Source: Euprymna scolopes (taxonomy: Eukaryota). From it: a stretch of 64,000 nt of DNA. Position 1 is the first letter of the stretch, and every line of letters begins with the position of its first letter. The translations under genes and the position numbers were made by a program. The notes below the pieces were generated by a model. That model searched no databases, was not told the DNA's origin, and saw nothing but the letters and a program-made list of their open reading frames with translations. The stretch lies in NCBI GenBank assembly GCA_053919585.1, contig CM132802.1; one strand, written 5' to 3'. Below, in pieces: positions 37,601 to 52,600 of the stretch.

Positions 37601-40600
37601 TTACTATTGGTAGGTAGGATTATTATTTACAATTGGTAGGTAGGATTATTATTTACTATTGGTAGGTAGGATTATTATTTACTATTGGTAGGTAGGATTA
37701 TTATTTACAATTGGTAGGTAGGATTATTATTTACTATTGGTAGGTAGGATTATTATTTACTATTGGTAGGTAGGATTATTATTTACTATTGGTAGGTAGG
37801 ATTATTATTTACTATTGGTAGGTAGGATTATTATTTACAATTGGTAGGTAGGATTATTATTTACTATTGGTAGGTAGGATTATTATTTACAATTGGTAGG
37901 TAGGATTATTATTTACTATTGGTAGGTAGGATTATTATTTACAATTGGTAGGTAGGATTATTATTTACTATTGGTAGGTAGGATTATTATTTACAATTGG
38001 TAGGTAGGATTATTATTTACTATTGGTAGGTAGGATTATTATTTACAATTGGTAGGTAGGATTATTATTTACTATTGGTAGGTAGGATTATTATTTACAA
38101 TTGGTAGGTAGGATTATTATTTACTATTGGTAGGTAGGATTATTATTTACAATTGGTAGGTAGGATTATTATTTACTATTGGTAGGTAGGATTATTATTT
38201 ACTATTGGTAGGTAGGATTATTATTTACTATTGGTAGGTAGGATTATTATTTACTATTGGTAGGTAGGATTATTATTTACTATTGGTAGGTAGGATTATT
38301 ATTTACTATTGGTAGGTAGGATTATTATTTACAATTGGTAGGTAGGATTATTATTTACTATTGGTAGGTAGGATTATTATTTACTATTGGTAGGTAGGAT
38401 TATTATTTACAATTGGTAGGTAGGATTATTATTTACTATTGGTAGGTAGGATTATTATTTACTATTGGTAGGTAGGATTATTATTTACTATTGGTAGGTA
38501 GGATTATTATTTACTATTGGTAGGTAGGATTATTATTTACTATTGGTAGGTAGGATTATTATTTACTATTGGTAGGTAGGATTATTATTTACTATTGGTA
38601 GGTAGGATTATTATTTACTATTGGTAGGTAGGATTATTATTTACTATTGGTAGGTAGGATTATTATTTACTATTGGTAGGTAGGATTATTATTTACTATT
38701 GGTAGGTAGGATTATTATTTACTATTGGTAGGTAGGATTATTATTTACTATTGGTAGGTAGGATTATTATTTACTATTGGTAGGTAGGATTATTATTTAC
38801 TATTGGTAGGTAGGATTATTATTTACTATTGGTAGGTAGGATTATTATTTACTATTGGTAGGTAGGATTATTATTTACAATTGGTAGGTAGGATTATTAT
38901 TTACAATTGGTAGGTAGGATTATTATTTACAATTGGTAGGTAGGATTATTATTTACTATTGGTAGGTAGGATTATTATTTACAATTGGTAGGTAGGATTA
39001 TTATTTACTATTGGTAGGTAGGATTATTATTTACAATTGGTAGGTAGGATTATTATTTACTATTGGTAGGTAGGATTATTATTTACAATTGGTAGGTAGG
39101 ATTATTATTTACTATTGGTAGGTAGGATTATTATTTACAATTGGTAGGTAGGATTATTATTTACTATTGGTAGGTAGGATTATTATTTACTATTGGTAGG
39201 TAGGATTATTATTTACTATTGGTAGGTAGGATTATTATTTACTATTGGTAGGTAGGATTATTATTTACAATTGGTAGGTAGGATTATTATTTACTATTGG
39301 TAGGTAGGATTATTATTTACAATTGGTAGGTAGGATTATTATTTACTATTGGTAGGTAGGATTATTATTTACAATTGGTAGGTAGGATTATTATTTACAA
39401 TTGGTAGGTAGGATTATTATTTACTATTGGTAGGTAGGATTATTATTTACATATTGGTAGGTAGGGATTATTATTTACAATTGGTAGGTAGGATTATTAT
39501 TTACTATTGGTAGGTAGGATTATTATTTACTATTGGTAGGTAGGATTATTATTTACAATTGGTAGGTAGGATTATTATTTACTATTGGTAGGTAGGATTA
39601 TTATTTACTATTGGTAGGTAGGATTATTATTTACAATTGGTAGGTAGGATTATTATTTACAATTGGTAGGTAGGATTATTATTTACTATTGGTAGGTAGG
39701 ATTATTATTTACAATTGGTAGGTAGGATTATTATTTACTATTGGTAGGTAGGATTATTATTTACTATTGGTAGGTAGGATTATTATTTACAATTGGTAGG
39801 TAGGATTATTATTTACTATTGGTAGGTAGGATTATTATTTACTATTGGTAGGTAGGATTATTATTTACAATTGGTAGGTAGGATTATTATTTACTATTGG
39901 TAGGTAGGATTATTATTTACTATTGGTAGGTAGGATTATTATTTACTATTGGTAGGTAGGATTATTATTTACTATTGGTAGGTAGGATTATTATTTACTA
40001 TTGGTAGGTAGGATTATTATTTACTATTGGTAGGTAGGATTATTATTTACAATTGGTAGGTAGGATTATTATTTACTATTGGTAGGTAGGATTATTATTT
40101 AATATGGTAGTAGGATTATTATTTACAATTGGTGTAGGTTAGGATAACAGCAAATAAGGAATATTATTTACAATGGTTTATTATTATAGGATATATATAC
40201 TCATTTAATGTAGGATAAATCTTTACAAAATTAATAAGGTAGGATTATTATTACTATTGGTAGGTAGGATTATTATTTACTATTGGTAGTAGGATTATTA
40301 TTACAATTGGTAGGTAGGATTATTNNNNNNNNNNNNNNNNNNNNNNNNNNNNNNNNNNNNNNNNNNNNNNNNNNNNNNNNNNNNNNNNNNNNNNNNNNNN
40401 NNNNNNNNNNNNNNNNNNNNNNNNGATTATTATTTACATTGGTAGGTAGGATTATTATTTACAATTGGTAGGTTGGATTATTATTTACTATTGGTAGGTA
40501 GGATTATTATTACAATGGTAGGTAGGATATTATTTACAATTGGTAGGTAGGATTATTATTTACAATTGGTAGGTAGGATTATTATTTACTATTGGTAGGT

Positions 40601-43600
40601 AGGATTATTATTTACTATTGGTAGGTAGGATTATTATTTACTATTGGTAGGTAGGATTATTATTTACTATTGGTAGGTAGGATTATTATTTACTATTGGT
40701 AGGTAGGATTATTATTTACTATTGGTAGGTAGGATTATTATTTACTATTGGTAGGTAGGATTATTATTTACTATTGGTAGGTAGGATTATTATTTACTAT
40801 TGGTAGGTAGGATTATTATTTACTATTGGTAGGTAGGATTATTATTTACTATTGGTAGGTAGGATTATTATTTACTATTGGTAGGTAGGATTATTATTTA
40901 CTATTGGTAGGTAGGATTATTATTTACTATTGGTAGGTAGGATTATTATTTACTATTGGTAGGTAGGATTATTATTTACTATTGGTAGGTAGGATTATTA
41001 TTTACTATTGGTAGGTAGGATTATTATTTACTATTGGTAGGTAGGATTATTATTTACTATTGGTAGGTAGGATTATTATTTACTATTGTAGGTAGGATTA
41101 TTATTTACTATTGGTAGGTAGGATTATTATTTACTATTGGTAGGTAGGATTATTATTTACTATTGGTAGGTAGGATTATTATTTACTATTGGTAGGTAGG
41201 ATTATTATTTACTATTGGTAGGTAGGATTATTATTTACAATTGGTAGGTAGGATTATTATTTACTATTGGTAGGTAGGATTATTATTTACTATTGGTAGG
41301 TAGGATTATTATTTACTATTGGTAGGTAGGATTATTATTTACTATTGGTAGGTAGGATTATTATTTACTATTGGTAGGTAGGATTATTATTTACAATTGG
41401 TAGGTAGGATTATTATTTACTATTGGTAGGTAGGATTATTATTTACTATTGGTAGGTAGGATTATTATTTACTATTGGTAGGTAGGATTATTATTTACTA
41501 TTGGTAGGTAGGATTATTATTTACTATTGGTAGGTAGGATTATTATTTACTATTGGTAGGTAGGATTATTATTTACTATTGGTAGGTAGGATTATTATTT
41601 ACTATTGGTAGGTAGGATTATTATTTACAATTGGTAGGTAGGATTATTATTTACTATTGGTAGGTAGGATTATTATTTACTATTGGTAGGTAGGATTATT
41701 ATTTACTATTGGTAGGTAGGATTATTATTTACAATTGGTAGGTAGGATTATTATTTACTATTGGTAGGTAGGATTATTATTTACTATTGGTAGGTAGGAT
41801 ATTATTTACTATTGGTAGGTAGGATTATTATTTACTATTGGTAGGTAGGATTATTATTTACTATTGGTAGGTAGGATTATTATTTACTATTGGTAGGTAG
41901 GATTATTATTTACTATTGGTAGGTAGGATTATTATTTACTATTGGTAGGTAGGATTATTATTTACTATTGGTAGGTAGGATTATTATTTACAATTGGTAG
42001 GTAGGATTATTATTTACTATTGGTAGGTAGGATTATTATTTACTATTGGTAGGTAGGATTATTATTTACTATTGGTAGGTAGGATTATTATTTACTATTG
42101 GTAGGTAGGATTATTATTTACTATTGGTAGGTAGGATTATTATTTACTATTGGTAGGTAGGATTATTATTTACTATTGGTAGGTAGGATTATTATTTACT
42201 ATTGGTAGGTAGGATTATTATTTACTATTGGTAGGTAGGATTATTATTTACAATTGGTAGGTAGGATTATTATTTACAATTGGTAGGTAGGATTATTATT
42301 TACTATTGGTAGGTAGGATTATTATTTACAATTGGTAGGTAGGATTATTATTTACTATTGGTAGGTAGGATTATTATTTACTATTGGTAGGTAGGATTAT
42401 TATTTACAATTGGTAGGTAGGATTATTATTTACTATTGGTAGGTAGGATTATTATTTACTATTGGTAGGTAGGATTATTATTTACTATTGGTAGGTAGGA
42501 TTATTATTTACAATTGGTAGGTAGGATTATTATTTACAATTGGTAGGTAGGATTATTATTTACTATTGGTAGGTAGGATTATTATTTACTATTGGTAGGT
42601 AGGATTATTATTTACTATTGGTAGGTAGGATTATTATTTACTATTGGTAGGTAGGATTATTATTTACAATTGGTAGGTAGGATTATTATTTACAATTGGT
42701 AGGTAGGATTATTATTTACAATTGGTAGGTAGGATTATTATTTACTATTGGTAGGTAGGATTATTATTTACAATTGGTAGGTAGGATTATTATTTACAAT
42801 TGGTAGGTAGGATTATTATTTACAATTGGTAGGTAGGATTATTATTTACAATTGGTAGGTAGGATTATTATTTACTATTGGTAGGTAGGATTATTATTTA
42901 CTATTGGTAGGTAGGATTATTATTTACAATTGGTAGGTAGGATTATTATTTACAATTGGTAGGTAGGATTATTATTTACTATTGGTAGGTAGGATTATTA
43001 TTTACAATTGGTAGGTAGGATTATTATTTACTATTGGTAGGTAGGATTATTATTTACTATTGGTAGGTAGGATTATTATTTACTATTGGTAGGTAGGATT
43101 ATTATTTACTATTGGTAGGTAGGATTATTATTTACTATTGGTAGGTAGGATTATTATTTACAATTGGTAGGTAGGATTATTATTTACTATTGGTAGGTAG
43201 GATTATTATTTACTATTGGTAGGTAGGATTATTATTTACTATTGGTAGGTAGGATTATTATTTACTATTGGTAGGTAGGATTATTATTTACTATTGGTAG
43301 GTAGGATTATTATTTACAATTGGTAGGTAGGATTATTATTTACAATTGGTAGGTAGGATTATTATTTACAATTGGTAGGTAGGATTATTATTTACAATTG
43401 GTAGGTAGGATTATTATTTACTATTGGTAGGTAGGATTATTATTTACTATTGGTAGGTAGGATTATTATTTACTATTGGTAGGTAGGATTATTATTTACT
43501 ATTGGTAGGTAGGATTATTATTTACTATTGGTAGGTAGGATTATTATTTACTATTGGTAGGTAGGATTATTATTTACAATTGGTAGGTAGGATTATTATT

Positions 43601-46600
43601 TACTATTGGTAGGTAGGATTATTATTTACAATTGGTAGGTAGGATTATTATTTACAATTGGTAGGTAGGATTATTATTTACTATTGGTAGGTAGGATTAT
43701 TATTTACTATTGGTAGGTAGGATTATTATTTACTATTGGTAGGTAGGATTATTATTTACTATTGGTAGGTAGGATTATTATTTACAATTGGTAGGTAGGA
43801 TTATTATTTACAATTGGTAGGTAGGATTATTATTTACTATTGGTAGGTAGGATTATTATTTACTATTGGTAGGTAGGATTATTATTTACTATTGGTAGGT
43901 AGGATTATTATTTACTATTGGTAGGTAGGATTATTATTTACTATTGGTAGGTAGGATTATTATTTACAATTGGTAGGTAGGATTATTATTTACTATTGGT
44001 AGGTAGGATTATTATTTACAATTGGTAGGTAGGATTATTATTTACAATTGGTAGGTAGGATTATTATTTACTATTGGTAGGTAGGATTATTATTTACTAT
44101 TGGTAGGTAGGATTATTATTTACTATTGGTAGGTAGGATTATTATTTACAATTGGTAGGTAGGATTATTATTTACAATTGGTAGGTAGGATTATTATTTA
44201 CAATTGGTAGGTAGGATTATTATTTACAATTGGTAGGTAGGATTATTATTTACTATTGGTAGGTAGGATTATTATTTACTATTGGTAGGTAGGATTATTA
44301 TTTACAATTGGTAGGTAGGATTATTATTTACTATTGGTAGGTAGGATTATTATTTACAATTGGTAGGTAGGATTATTATTTACAATTGGTAGGTAGGATT
44401 ATTATTTACAATTGGTAGGTAGGATTATTATTTACTATTGGTAGGTAGGATTATTATTTACTATTGGTAGGTAGGATTATTATTTACAATTGGTAGGTAG
44501 GATTATTATTTACTATTGGTAGGTAGGATTATTATTTACAATTGGTAGGTAGGATTATTATTTACTATTGGTAGGTAGGATTATTATTTACAATTGGTAG
44601 GTAGGATTATTATTTACTATTGGTAGGTAGGATTATTATTTACAATTGGTAGGTAGGATTATTATTTACAATTGGTAGGTAGGATTATTATTTACTATTG
44701 GTAGGTAGGATTATTATTTACTATTGGTAGGTAGGATTATTATTTACAATTGGTAGGTAGGATTATTATTTACTATTGGTAGGTAGGATTATTATTTACT
44801 ATTGGTAGGTAGGATTATTATTTACTATTGGTAGGTAGGATTATTATTTACTATTGGTAGGTAGGATTATTATTTACTATTGGTAGGTAGGATTATTATT
44901 TACTATTGGTAGGTAGGATTATTATTTACTATTGGTAGGTAGGATTATTATTTACTATTGGTAGGTAGGATTATTATTTACTATTGGTAGGTAGGATTAT
45001 TATTTACTATTGGTAGGTAGGATTATTATTTACTATTGGTAGGTAGGATTATTATTTACAATTGGTAGGTAGGATTATTATTTACTATTGGTAGGTAGGA
45101 TTATTATTTACAATTGGTAGGTAGGATTATTATTTACAATTGGTAGGTAGGATTATTATTTACTATTGGTAGGTAGGATTATTATTTACTATTGGTAGGT
45201 AGGATTATTATTTACAATTGGTAGGTAGGATTATTATTTACTATTGGTAGGTAGGATTATTATTTACAATTGGTAGGTAGGATTATTATTTACAATTGGT
45301 AGGTAGGATTATTATTTACTATTGGTAGGTAGGATTATTATTTACTATTGGTAGGTAGGATTATTATTTACTATTGGTAGGTAGGATTATTATTTACTAT
45401 TGGTAGGTAGGATTATTATTTACTATTGGTAGGTAGGATTATTATTTACAATTGGTAGGTAGGATTATTATTTACTATTGGTAGGTAGGATTATTATTTA
45501 CTATTGGTAGGTAGGATTATTATTTACTATTGGTAGGTAGGATTATTATTTACTATTGGTAGGTAGGATTATTATTTACTATTGGTAGGTAGGATTATTA
45601 TTTACTATTGGTAGGTAGGATTATTATTTACTATTGGTAGGTAGGATTATTATTTACTATTGGTAGGTAGGATTATTATTTACAATTGGTAGGTAGGATT
45701 ATTATTTACAATTGGTAGGTAGGATTATTATTTACTATTGGTAGGTAGGATTATTATTTACTATTGGTAGGTAGGATTATTATTTACTATTGGTAGGTAG
45801 GATTATTATTTACTATTGGTAGGTAGGATTATTATTTACAATTGGTAGGTAGGATTATTATTTACAATTGGTAGGTAGGATTATTATTTACAATTGGTAG
45901 GTAGGATTATTATTTACTATTGGTAGGTAGGATTATTATTTACTATTGGTAGGTAGGATTATTATTTACTATTGGTAGGTAGGATTATTATTTACAATTG
46001 GTAGGTAGGATTATTATTTACAATTGGTAGGTAGGATTATTATTTACTATTGGTAGGTAGGATTATTATTTACTATTGGTAGGTAGGATTATTATTTACT
46101 ATTGGTAGGTAGGATTATTATTTACTATTGGTAGGTAGGATTATTATTTACTATTGGTAGGTAGGATTATTATTTACAATTGGTAGGTAGGATTATTATT
46201 TACTATTGGTAGGTAGGATTATTATTTACTATTGGTAGGTAGGATTATTATTTACTATTGGTAGGTAGGATTATTATTTACTATTGGTAGGTAGGATTAT
46301 TATTTACTATTGGTAGGTAGGATTATTATTTACTATTGGTAGGTAGGATTATTATTTACTATTGGTAGGTAGGATTATTATTTACTATTGGTAGGTAGGA
46401 TTATTATTTACTATTGGTAGGTAGGATTATTATTTACTATTGGTAGGTAGGATTATTATTTACTATTGGTAGGTAGGATTATTATTTACAATTGGTAGGT
46501 AGGATTATTATTTACTATTGGTAGGTAGGATTATTATTTACAATTGGTAGGTAGGATTATTATTTACTATTGGTAGGTAGGATTATTATTTACTATTGGT

Positions 46601-49600
46601 AGGTAGGATTATTATTTACAATTGGTAGGTAGGATTATTATTTACTATTGGTAGGTAGGATTATTATTTACAATTGGTAGGTAGGATTATTATTTACAAT
46701 TGGTAGGTAGGATTATTATTTACAATTGGTAGGTAGGATTATTATTTACAATTGGTAGGTAGGATTATTATTTACAATTGGTAGGTAGGATTATTATTTA
46801 CTATTGGTAGGTAGGATTATTATTTACAATTGGTAGGTAGGATTATTATTTACTATTGGTAGGTAGGATTATTATTTACAATTGGTAGGTAGGATTATTA
46901 TTTACAATTGGTAGGTAGGATTATTATTTACAATTGGTAGGTAGGATTATTATTTACAATTGGTAGGTAGGATTATTATTTACAATTGGTAGGTAGGATT
47001 ATTATTTACAATTGGTAGGTAGGATTATTATTTACAATTGGTAGGTAGGATTATTATTTACAATTGGTAGGTAGGATTATTATTTACAATTGGTAGGTAG
47101 GATTATTATTTACAATTGGTAGGTAGGATTATTATTTACAATTGGTAGGTAGGATTATTATTTACAATTGGTAGGTAGGATTATTATTTACTATTGGTAG
47201 GTAGGATTATTATTTACAATTGGTAGGTAGGATTATTATTTACTATTGGTAGGTAGGATTATTATTTACAATTGGTAGGTAGGATTATTATTTACAATTG
47301 GTAGGTAGGATTATTATTTACAATTGGTAGGTAGGATTATTATTTACTATTGGTAGGTAGGATTATTATTTACAATTGGTAGGTAGGATTATTATTTACT
47401 ATTGGTAGGAAGGATTATTATTTACAATTGGTAGGTAGGATTATTATTTACTATTGGTAGGTAGGATTATTATTTACAATTGGTAGGTAGGATTATTATT
47501 TACAATTGGTAGGTAGGATTATTATTAATATTGGTAGGTAGGATTATTATTTACAATTGGTAGGTTGGATTATTATTTACAATTGGTAGGTAGGATTATT
47601 ATTTACAATTGGTAGGTAGGATTATTATTTACTATTGGTAGGTAGGATTATTATTTACAATTGGTAGGTAGGATTATTATTTACTATTGGTAGGTAGGAT
47701 TATTATTTACTATTGGTAGGTAGGATTATTATTTACAATTGGTAGGTAGGATTTTTATTTACTATTGGTAGGTAGGATTATTATTTACTATTGGTAGGTA
47801 GGATTATTATTTACAATTGGTAGGTAGGATTATTATTTACTATTGGTAGGTAGGATTATTATTTAGTATTGGTAGGTAGGATTATTATTTACAATTGGTA
47901 GGTAGGATTATTATTTACAATTGGTAGGTAGGATTATTATTTACTATTGGTAGGTAGGATTATTATTTACTATTGGTAGGTAGGATTATTATTTACAATT
48001 GGTAGGTAGGATTATTATTTACTATTGGTAGGTAGGATTATTATTTACTATTGGTAGGTAGGATTATTATTTACAATTGGTAGGTAGGATTATTATTTAC
48101 TATTGGTAGGTAGGATTATTATTTACTATTGGTAGGTAGGATTATTATTTACAATTGGTAGGTAGGATTATTATTTACAATTGGTAGGTAGGATTATTAT
48201 TTACTATTGGTAGGTAGGATTATTATTTACTATTGGTAGGTAGGATTATTATTTACAATTGGTAGGTAGGATTATTATTTACTATTGGTAGGTAGGATTA
48301 TTATTTACTATTGGTAGGTAGGATTATTATTTACTATTGGTAGGTAGGATTATTATTTACTATTGGTAGGTAGGATTATTATTTACTATTGGTAGGTAGG
48401 ATTATTATTTACAATTGGTAGGTAGGATTATTATTTACAATTGGTAGGTAGGATTATTTCACTATTGGTAGGTAGGATTATTATTTACTATTGGTAGGTA
48501 GGATTATTATTTACAATTGGTAGGTAGGATTATTATTTACTATTTGTAGGTAGGATTATTATTTACTATTGGTAGGTAGGATTATTATTTACTATTGGTA
48601 GGTAGGATTATTATTTACTATTGGTAGGTAGGATTATTATTTACTATTGGTAGGTAGGATTATTATTTACTATTGGTAGGTAGGATTATTATTTACTATT
48701 GGTAGGTAGGATTATTATTTACTATTGGTAGGTAGGATTATTATTTACTATTGGTAGGTAGGATTATTATTTACTATTGGTAGGTAGGATTATTATTTAC
48801 TATTGGTAGGTAGGATTATTATTTACTATTGGTAGGTAGGATTATTATTTACTATTGGTAGGTAGGATTATTATTTACTATTGGTAGGTAGGATTATTAT
48901 TTACAATTGGTAGGTAGGATTATTATTTACTATTGGTAGGTAGGATTATTATTTACTATTGGTAGGTAGGATTATTATTTACTATTGGTAGGTAGGATTA
49001 TTATTTACTATTGGTAGGTAGGATTATTATTTACTATTGGTAGGTAGGATTATTATTTACTATTGGTAGGTAGGATTATTATTTACAATTGGTAGGTAGG
49101 ATTATTATTTACTATTGGTAGGTAGGATTATTATTTACAATTGGTAGGTAGGATTATTATTTACTATTGGTAGGTAGGATTATTATTTACTATTGGTAGG
49201 TAGGATTATTATTTACAATTGGTAGGTAGGATTATTATTTACTATTGGTAGGTAGGATTATTATTTACAATTGGTAGGTAGGATTATTATTTACAATTGG
49301 TAGGTAGGATTATTATTTACAATTGGTAGGTAGGATTATTATTTACAATTGGTAGGTAGGATTATTATTTACTATTGGTAGGTAGGATTATTATTTACAA
49401 TTGGTAGGTAGGATTATTATTTACTATTGGTAGGTAGGATTATTATTTACAATTGGTAGGTAGGATTATTATTTACAATTGGTAGGTAGGATTATTATTT
49501 ACAATTGGTAGGTAGGATTATTATTTACAATTGGTAGGTAGGATTATTATTTACAATTGGTAGGTAGGATTATTATTTACAATTGGTAGGTAGGATTATT

Positions 49601-52600
49601 ATTTACAATTGGTAGGTAGGATTATTATTTACAATTGGTAGGTAGGATTATTATTTACAATTGGTAGGTAGGATTATTATTTACAATTGGTAGGTAGGAT
49701 TATTATTTACAATTGGTAGGTAGGATTATTATTTACTATTGGTAGGTAGGATTATTATTTACAATTGGTAGGTAGGATTATTATTTACTATTGGTAGGTA
49801 GGATTATTATTTACAATTGGTAGGTAGGATTATTATTTACAATTGGTAGGTAGGATTATTATTTACAATTGGTAGGTAGGATTATTATTTACTATTGGTA
49901 GGTAGGATTATTATTTACAATTGGTAGGTAGGATAATTATTTACTATTGGTAGGTAGGATTATTATTTACAATTGGTAGGTAGGATTATTATTTACAATT
50001 GGTAGGTAGGATTATTATTTACTATTGGTAGGTAGGATTATTATTTACAATTGGTAGGTAGGATTATTATTTACAATTGGTAGGTAGGATTATTATTTAC
50101 TATTGGTAGGTAGGATTATTATTTACAATTGGTAGGTAGGATTATTATTTACAATTGGTAGGTAGGATTATTATTTACTATTGGTAGGTAGGATTTACAA
50201 TTGGTAGTAGGATTATTATTTACAATTGGTAGGTAGGATTATTATTTACTATTGGTAGGTAGGATTATTATTTACTATTGGTAGGTAGGATTATTATTTA
50301 CAATTGGTAGGTAGGATTATTATTAACTATTGGTAGGTAGGATTATTATTTACTATTGGTAGGTAGGATTATTATTTACAATTGGTAGGTAGGATTATTA
50401 TTTACTATTGGTAGGTAGGATTATTATTTACTATTGGTAGGTAGGATTATTATTTACAATTGGTAGGTAGGATTATTATTTACAATTGGTAGGTAGGATT
50501 ATTATTTACTATTGGTAGGTAGGATTATTATTTACTATTGGTAGGTAGGATTATTATTTACAATTGGTAGGTAGGATTATTATTTACTATTGGTAGGTAG
50601 GATTATTATTTACTATTGGTAGGTAGGATTATTATTTACTATTGGTAGGTAGGATTATTATTTACTATTGGTAGGTAGGATTATTATTTACTATTGGTAG
50701 GTAGGATTATTATTTACAATTGGTAGGTAGGATTATTATTTACTATTGGTAGGTAGGATTATTATTTACTATTGGTAGGTAGGATTATTATTTACAATTG
50801 GTAGGTAGGATTATTATTTACTATTGGTAGGTAGGATTATTATTTACTATTGGTAGGTAGGATTATTATTTACAATTGGTAGGTAGGATTATTATTTACT
50901 ATTGGTAGGTAGGATTATTATTTACTATTGGTAGGTAGGATTATTATTTACAATTGGTAGGTAGGATTATTATTTACTATTGGTAGGTAGGATTATTATT
51001 TACAATTGGTAGGTAGGATTATTATTTACTATTGGTAGGTAGGATTATTATTTACTATTGGTAGGTAGGATTATTATTTACAATTGGTAGGTAGGATTAT
51101 TATTTACTATTGGTAGGTAGGATTATTATTTACAATTGGTAGGTAGGATTATTATTTACTATTGGTAGGTAGGATTATTATTTACAATTGGTAGGTAGGA
51201 TTATTATTTACTATTGGTAGGTAGGATTATTATTTACAATTGGTAGGTAGGATTATTATTTACTATTGGTAGGTAGGATTATTATTTACAATTGGTAGGT
51301 AGGATTATTATTTACTATTGGTAGGTAGGATTATTATTTACTATTGGTAGGTAGGATTATTATTTACTATTGGTAGGTAGGATGATTATTTACTATTGGT
51401 AGGTAGGATTATTATTTACTATTGGTAGGTAGGATTATTATTTACTATTGGTAGGTAGGATTATTATTTACTATTGGTAGGTAGGATTATTATTTACTAT
51501 TGGTAGGTAGGATTATTATTTACTATTGGTAGGTAGGATTATTATTTACTATTGGTAGGTAGGATTATTATTTACTATTGGTAGGTAGGATTATTATTTA
51601 CAATTGGTAGGTAGGATTATTATTTACTATTGGTAGGTAGGATTATTATTTACTATTGGTAGGTAGGATTATTATTTACAATTGGTAGGTAGGATTATTA
51701 TTTACAATTGGTAGGTAGGATTATTATTTACTATTGGTAGGTAGGATTATTATTTACTATTGGTAGGTAGGATTATTATTTACAATTGGTAGGTAGGATT
51801 ATTATTTACAATTGGTAGGTAGGATTATTATTTACAATTGGTAGGTAGGATTATTATTTACTATTGGTAGGTAGGATTATTATTTACTATTGGTAGGTAG
51901 GATTATTATTTACAATTCTAGGTAGGATTATTATTTACTATTGGTAGGTAGGATTATTATTTACAATTGGTAGGTAGGATTATTATTTACTATTGGTAGG
52001 TAGGATTATTATTTACAATTGGTAGGTAGGATTATTATTTACAATTGGTAGGTAGGATTATTATTTACTATTGGTAGGTAGGATTATTATTTACTATTGG
52101 TAGGTAGGATTATTATTTACAATTGGTAGGTAGGATTATTATTTACAATTGGTAGGTAGGATTATTATTTACAATTGGTAGGTAGGATTATTATTTACTA
52201 TTGGTAGGTAGGATTATTATTTACTATTGGTAGGTAGGATTATTATTTACAATTGGTAGGTAGGATTATTATTTACAATTGGTAGGTAGGATTATTATTT
52301 ACAATTGGTAGGTAGGATTATTATTTACTATTGGTAGGTAGGATTATTATTTACTATTGGTAGGTAGGATTATTATTTACTATTGGTAGGTAGGATTATT
52401 ATTTACTATTGGTAGGTAGGATTATTATTTACTATTGGTAGGTAGGATTATTATTTACAATTGGTAGGTAGGATTATTATTTACTATTGGTAGGTAGGAT
52501 TATTATTTACTATTGGTAGGTAGGATTATTATTTACTATTGGTAGGTAGGATTATTATTTACTATTGGTAGGTAGGATTATTATTTACTATTGGTAGGTA

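Noticed and set aside
40080-40540. Highly diverged satellite units
   Set aside because: They flank the 100-N gap and look like low-quality contig ends.
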